DNA from: Azolla caroliniana
Taxonomy: Eukaryota > Plantae > Polypodiophyta
DNA: 64,000 nt
Reading direction: 5' to 3'
Assembly (NCBI GenBank): GCA_043228905.1
Contig: JBHGNT010000012.1
Coordinates: 16,864,001-16,928,000, forward strand
A program made the translations under genes and the position numbers. Positions 60,201 through 64,000 of the stretch are shown in pieces. How positions within the stretch are numbered: the first letter of the stretch is position 1; each line of letters begins with the position of its first letter. Under the pieces are notes generated by a model, which was not told the origin of the DNA, did not search any database, and was given only the letters and a program-made list of their open reading frames with translations.

Positions 60201-63129
60201 GGGATGCTTTTACCCTCTGGGATATCGTCATTTCCCTCTCTAGGGATTCCTGCGCTTGTCGCAATTCCCGGATCGCCGCTTGGTCCGGTTCATCCGGCGT
60301 CGTAATGTACGGTTCTACTGCCGCCGTGATATCCACCTCAAATAGTGGGACGATTCGTGGGTGTTCCTCGAGGTACCACTCGACTTCCTCGTCCGGTAAT
60401 CCCTCCAACATGTTAATGCTTTCCGCATATAATGGAGTTGCTTCCTTACTGGTGATCACCCGTGGTTGCGTCGTTACTCGTACCTTTGTTTTCCCTCGCC
60501 GGAATGTGATCATGTTCTTTTGCCAGTTCTGCTTGATATGCGTCGTTCGCAGCCATGGTCTTCCTAGCAGTAGGGGGTACGCGCCTTGTACATTCAGCTG
60601 CAGCACCACGGCCGATATCCGGAATACGTGGCCTCCGATCGTTACTTCCAAATCCCAGATAAGCCCGGTCGGTCGGACTGAGCTCGTATCCGCCATGCGT
60701 AACCAGAAGGGGCATGGTTCCCATTCCTGGATGCCCAGGTCGTTGCATGTCTGTTGGCTGATGACATTTACCCCGTAGCCTCCGTCAATAATCGTTCCAG
60801 CAATTTCCTTTCCTTTCACGATTGCCGTGATCGCCGGGCTACTTGTATCGACCACCGCTGGTCCTTCCTCCGGGTTGGAGAAGAATGTTGGTGTTGGCGT
60901 CGGCTTCGGTTTGCTGACAGATGCCTGTAGGTCTGCCGTAAATCGTGGCACTAACTGTAGTAGTCGTGCTAACGGCAGCACGATTTGACAGTCCTGTAGC
61001 GCTTGCCACGTCGGGTTTTCTCCTGGTTGTATGATTTCTTCGTCTTTTGGCATATTTTGGTCTCTTACTTCTGCCGCATTCTGTTCATTGGCCTCCTTGA
61101 TCCATTGTGCCGCTTGTTTTCTGATTGCCTCCTGGGCTTCCCACTCGGCGGTCTTTCCCTTTGACCGGGTTGTGACCTGCTGTACTTCTGTTATTTCGGC
61201 TGTAACCATGTTGACTTCCGGCTGCTTGTCATTGGTTTTGCTTGGGCATTGGTTACTATAGTGGCCTTCCTTACGACAGTAATAACAGTACACCTTGTGA
61301 CTGTTGCTCGTTTCTCCTTTGTCCCCGGTTTGGAGGGTGGGTATGCTCCGACGGACGTCTTCAGTTTTTCGGTTATCCGGTACCGATACCGGGTTGTCAT
61401 TCCTTGCTGCCTCCCGACGTTCCTCTCTTCGGAAAAATCCACGCTTCTGATTCCGTCGGAAATTTCGGTTCCCTTGTCGCCTCTCTTCTCTGCGTCGGTC
61501 ATATTCCGGGGATTCGTCTCGGTCGTACCGGTCCCGGGGGTAGCTATCTCTGCGTCTCTCCTCTCGGTCATAGTTGTCGCGTCTTCTATCAGCGTATCCT
61601 TGTTGCCTCTCTTCTCTGCGTCGGTCATATTCCGGGGATTCGTCTCTGTCGTACCGGTCCCGGGGGTAGCTATCTCTGCGTCTCTCCTCTCGGTCATAGT
61701 TGTCGCGTCTTCTATCAGCGTATTTGTTACCGCGTTCACGTTGGTAGCGGTCGTCTCTCCGGAATCGATCCTCGTCCGGGTTCTAATTGCGCGGTTCTAT
61801 GTGTCGAACCGGTGCTGCCTGCCGATTTAACAGGTTATATTCGCATCGGTCCGTTGTATGGGCTCGAGAGTTGCAGATCACACATTGTGTCCGCAGGGTG
61901 CAGTCTACTGTTGAGTGCCCCGAATTTAGGCATGTTGTACATTGTAAGGCCTGTCGGAACCTCAGGTCTTCCTCCTTTGGGAGTGCCCGGTGTAACATCC
62001 CCATCGACAAGAAGGGGCTAGTCTTGTCCATTTCTAAAACCCGATCAATAACTTGGTCCATTGTGCTGGTTTGGAAATCAAGGACTCCGCACATTGTTCG
62101 AAGTGGCTCTTTCAGTGCGGCCAAAAAGACTGCTTTGGCTTCGTCTTCGGGTGGTGCTCTTGTCAGTTGGCTGTGCAGGGTCTGAAACCGAATGATGAAT
62201 TGTGGCACAGTTTCGTTCTCTTCCTGCCGGGTGGTGTAGAACTGCCCGACCAATTCCCTTTGCTCAAATTGTCTGTGGAAAAACCTAAGGAATCTTGCCT
62301 TCAAGGCATCGAATGTGGCAAAGCTGCCCGGTAAGTGCTTTGCGTGCCATTGGGCCGCCGGTCCTTCTAAGGTTATGCCGAATTCGGCGACTTTGGATCG
62401 TTCGGCTTCGGGCTCCGTCAGTCTTTGGGAGATATGGTTGGCTTCCCATGTTTGGAGGAATGCGTACACGTGTGCCTCCGTGTCGGCCTCATCCCGGTAC
62501 TTTGGGTATGGGTACGGCATCATGTCGTCCAACTGACTCTCCTGTTTCCTCCGCTCTCTGTCCGTTGTTGGCGTTGGTGTGAGAACCTTTGGTTCCTCCA
62601 CGGGTGTTGCCGGTGTCCGGTCCGTTGGTTCCTCCGCGGGTGTTGTCGGTATCCGCTCCTTCGGTTCCTTCGCGGTTGTTGTCGGTATCCGGTCAGCCTT
62701 CCTCGGCGATTGCCGGTCACCGAATTCCAGGGTTATTTCTTCCTCTGGCGCCGGTGTTACTGAGTCTTCCGACCCCTCGTCCTCCCGATCGTTTGGTGTG
62801 TCGTGGCTGCTTTTATACCGAGACGCAACACTTACGTCGCTTTCCGACTCCGCCTCAAGTGTTGCGAATGCTTCCAAGTCCCCGTCGCCCGCGGCGAGCG
62901 TCTGCAGTATCGTTTCCGCCTCTTGCAGGCTTGTTATGCTACTGCCTTCGTCGGGGATTTGCAGAACCCGGAACTGCAGTGCTTCTTCTGCGACTCTCCG
63001 AAGAGTTTTGGAGAATGACCGATCCCGCCGGATCTCGTCGACGGCTTGCTGCAGGGCTTCCCGTCGTTGCTCGCGTTCGGTGTATCGTCTCCCTCGTTCG
63101 GTGATGTGGTCGTCGTTTGGTCTAGACAT
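57217..63129 (-). pseudogene. Element I gag-pol (three Cys/His knuckles, PR, RT, RNase H, integrase)
   Basis: CTTCLNSGH, CVICNSRAH, CYYCRKEGH, IIDGGYGVN, VFLDDFAVY, VDASDVAIG, WGLDFVGP, SDQGGHF; 126-bp tandem duplication at 61471-61723. Confidence 0.92.
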
Positions 63130-64000
63130 CCATCCCCCGGTTGTCCTCTGCACTTTGCAGGAATCGTGGTCGCCAAAATAGTGTTGTCTGTCTGGCCGAA
63201 CTAGCCTCAACACAGGTGTCTATCCGACACTTCTCCAAAGGGGTGGTAAGGATTGGATGCTAGGTTACACGCGTAAGATGATTACAATTAAGCACAGACG
63301 GTAAACAATACGAGATACAGATAAACACGCAATAATTACTATTGTATTACTTCCGTCAAAAAACTTTACAAATCATCGGATCCTTTTATAGGCATCCGGC
63401 AAGGTTACAATCGGTGCGCTTAGGCAACCGACATCCGAATCGGTCCGGATCCGGATCGGTACAACTGTACCGGATCCGTCCCTCCGAATAATAATTCTAC
63501 TATTATTTACTTCCTATTATCCGATCCGATTCCGCCTTCCCACTTGTCCTTGCTCTTCTGATCGGCCAACAGAACCGATTTGGTTCGAAATAATGCCTTG
63601 TGCCTCCTTTTATAGTGTTCTAAGGAATACTCCTGAAGTTTCTAGAATGTTCCAGAGAAATCTGGAATATACATCAATTTTCTATAATAAAACATAAATG
63701 AAAATAATATTCTATGTATTACAATGTATAGTCTAATGGTCAAGAGCTCGACCCATGTAGTATAAGGTCATGGGTTCGAGTCTTGCCATATCATGACAGT
63801 AGAGAGGGTTCGTAGAGTAGGTGAGTGGGTTTGAAAATTAATTATCCCTTGAGTACTCCCTAGTCCTAGAGCCTTGTGGTCCCGCCCAAGTAACACGCGT
63901 GCGCGAAACTTCGCGATAGTGGGAGGGCTTTCACAAACCCTAAACGCTGAGGAGATTGGGTGCATCGATCCGGCCATCGTCAAACCGATGGTTATATTCA

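Larger units (their letters stand above)
53434..63571 (-). mobile_element. Recent non-chromovirus Ty3/gypsy element I (Athila/Tat-like branch) with an extra 3' ORF
   Basis: 5-bp TSD GAACC at 53429-53433 and 63572-63576. 390-bp LTRs 53434-53823 and 63182-63571 (about 3 substitutions seen). PBS TGGCGACCAC at 63166-63175. Confidence 0.93.
48005..63798 (-). mobile_element. Ty3/gypsy chromovirus H (Tcn1/Tf1-sushi-like)
   Basis: 5-bp TSD GTAGA at 48000-48004 and 63799-63803. 3' LTR 48005-48430. 5' LTR split into 53232-53433 and 63577-63798. PPT at 48431-48445. C-terminal chromodomain. Confidence 0.93.
46768..63918 (+). mobile_element. Solo LTR G (~1.35 kb native; 46768-48004 plus 63804-63918) split by chromovirus H
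   Basis: Starts TGTCGTG and ends TTCGCGATA, with a 3' end resembling the E LTR. Flanks GCGG and GTGG form a 4-bp TSD with one C>T change. Element A pol continues across it. Contains 27-bp GAGGATTCGTAGAGTGGGTTCGTAGA-type repeats. Confidence 0.7.
1..64000 (+). mobile_element. Outer degraded Ty3/gypsy retrotransposon (element A) hosting all other insertions; both ends lie outside the window
   Basis: Removing the insertions rejoins colinear pieces. gag 245-1011 joins 40712 onward (..TKMV|RDL*IAHARRD). The protease-like LIDHRSEINLM lies at ~42190 and the pol start KYKTVDRNVRPVVAPLPED at ~42960-43037. It continues at 46619-46767 and resumes at 63923 (EEIGCIDPAIVKPMVIF). Confidence 0.75.

Overview
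Repeat-dense plant heterochromatin with no ordinary host gene. The element mix (Tcn1-like chromovirus, Sola-type DNA transposons, plant tRNA primer sites) suggests a non-seed plant such as a bryophyte or lycophyte; this is an inference. The whole window lies inside one degraded Ty3/gypsy element. Paired terminal repeats and target-site duplications (TSDs) resolve at least ten later insertions, nested up to five levels deep. These are a 39.7-kb Sola2-like TIR transposon (1012-40707), three Ty1/copia elements, two gag-only LTR elements, a solo LTR, a self-priming chromovirus, a non-chromovirus gypsy element and a young Sola1-like transposon (19542-34333). The Sola1-like element is the standout. 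Divergent from its transposase it carries a 6-exon gene for a ParB-like domain fused to a bacterial/phage-type beta-class DNA amino-methyltransferase. Intron 1 of that gene holds nine 25-bp palindromes spaced exactly 51 bp apart, a candidate parS-like or self-methylation module. A second striking signal is a gypsy element with a tRNA-Arg 3'-end-like sequence where its polypurine tract should be. All domain and family calls come from motif recognition by eye, not from database searches.
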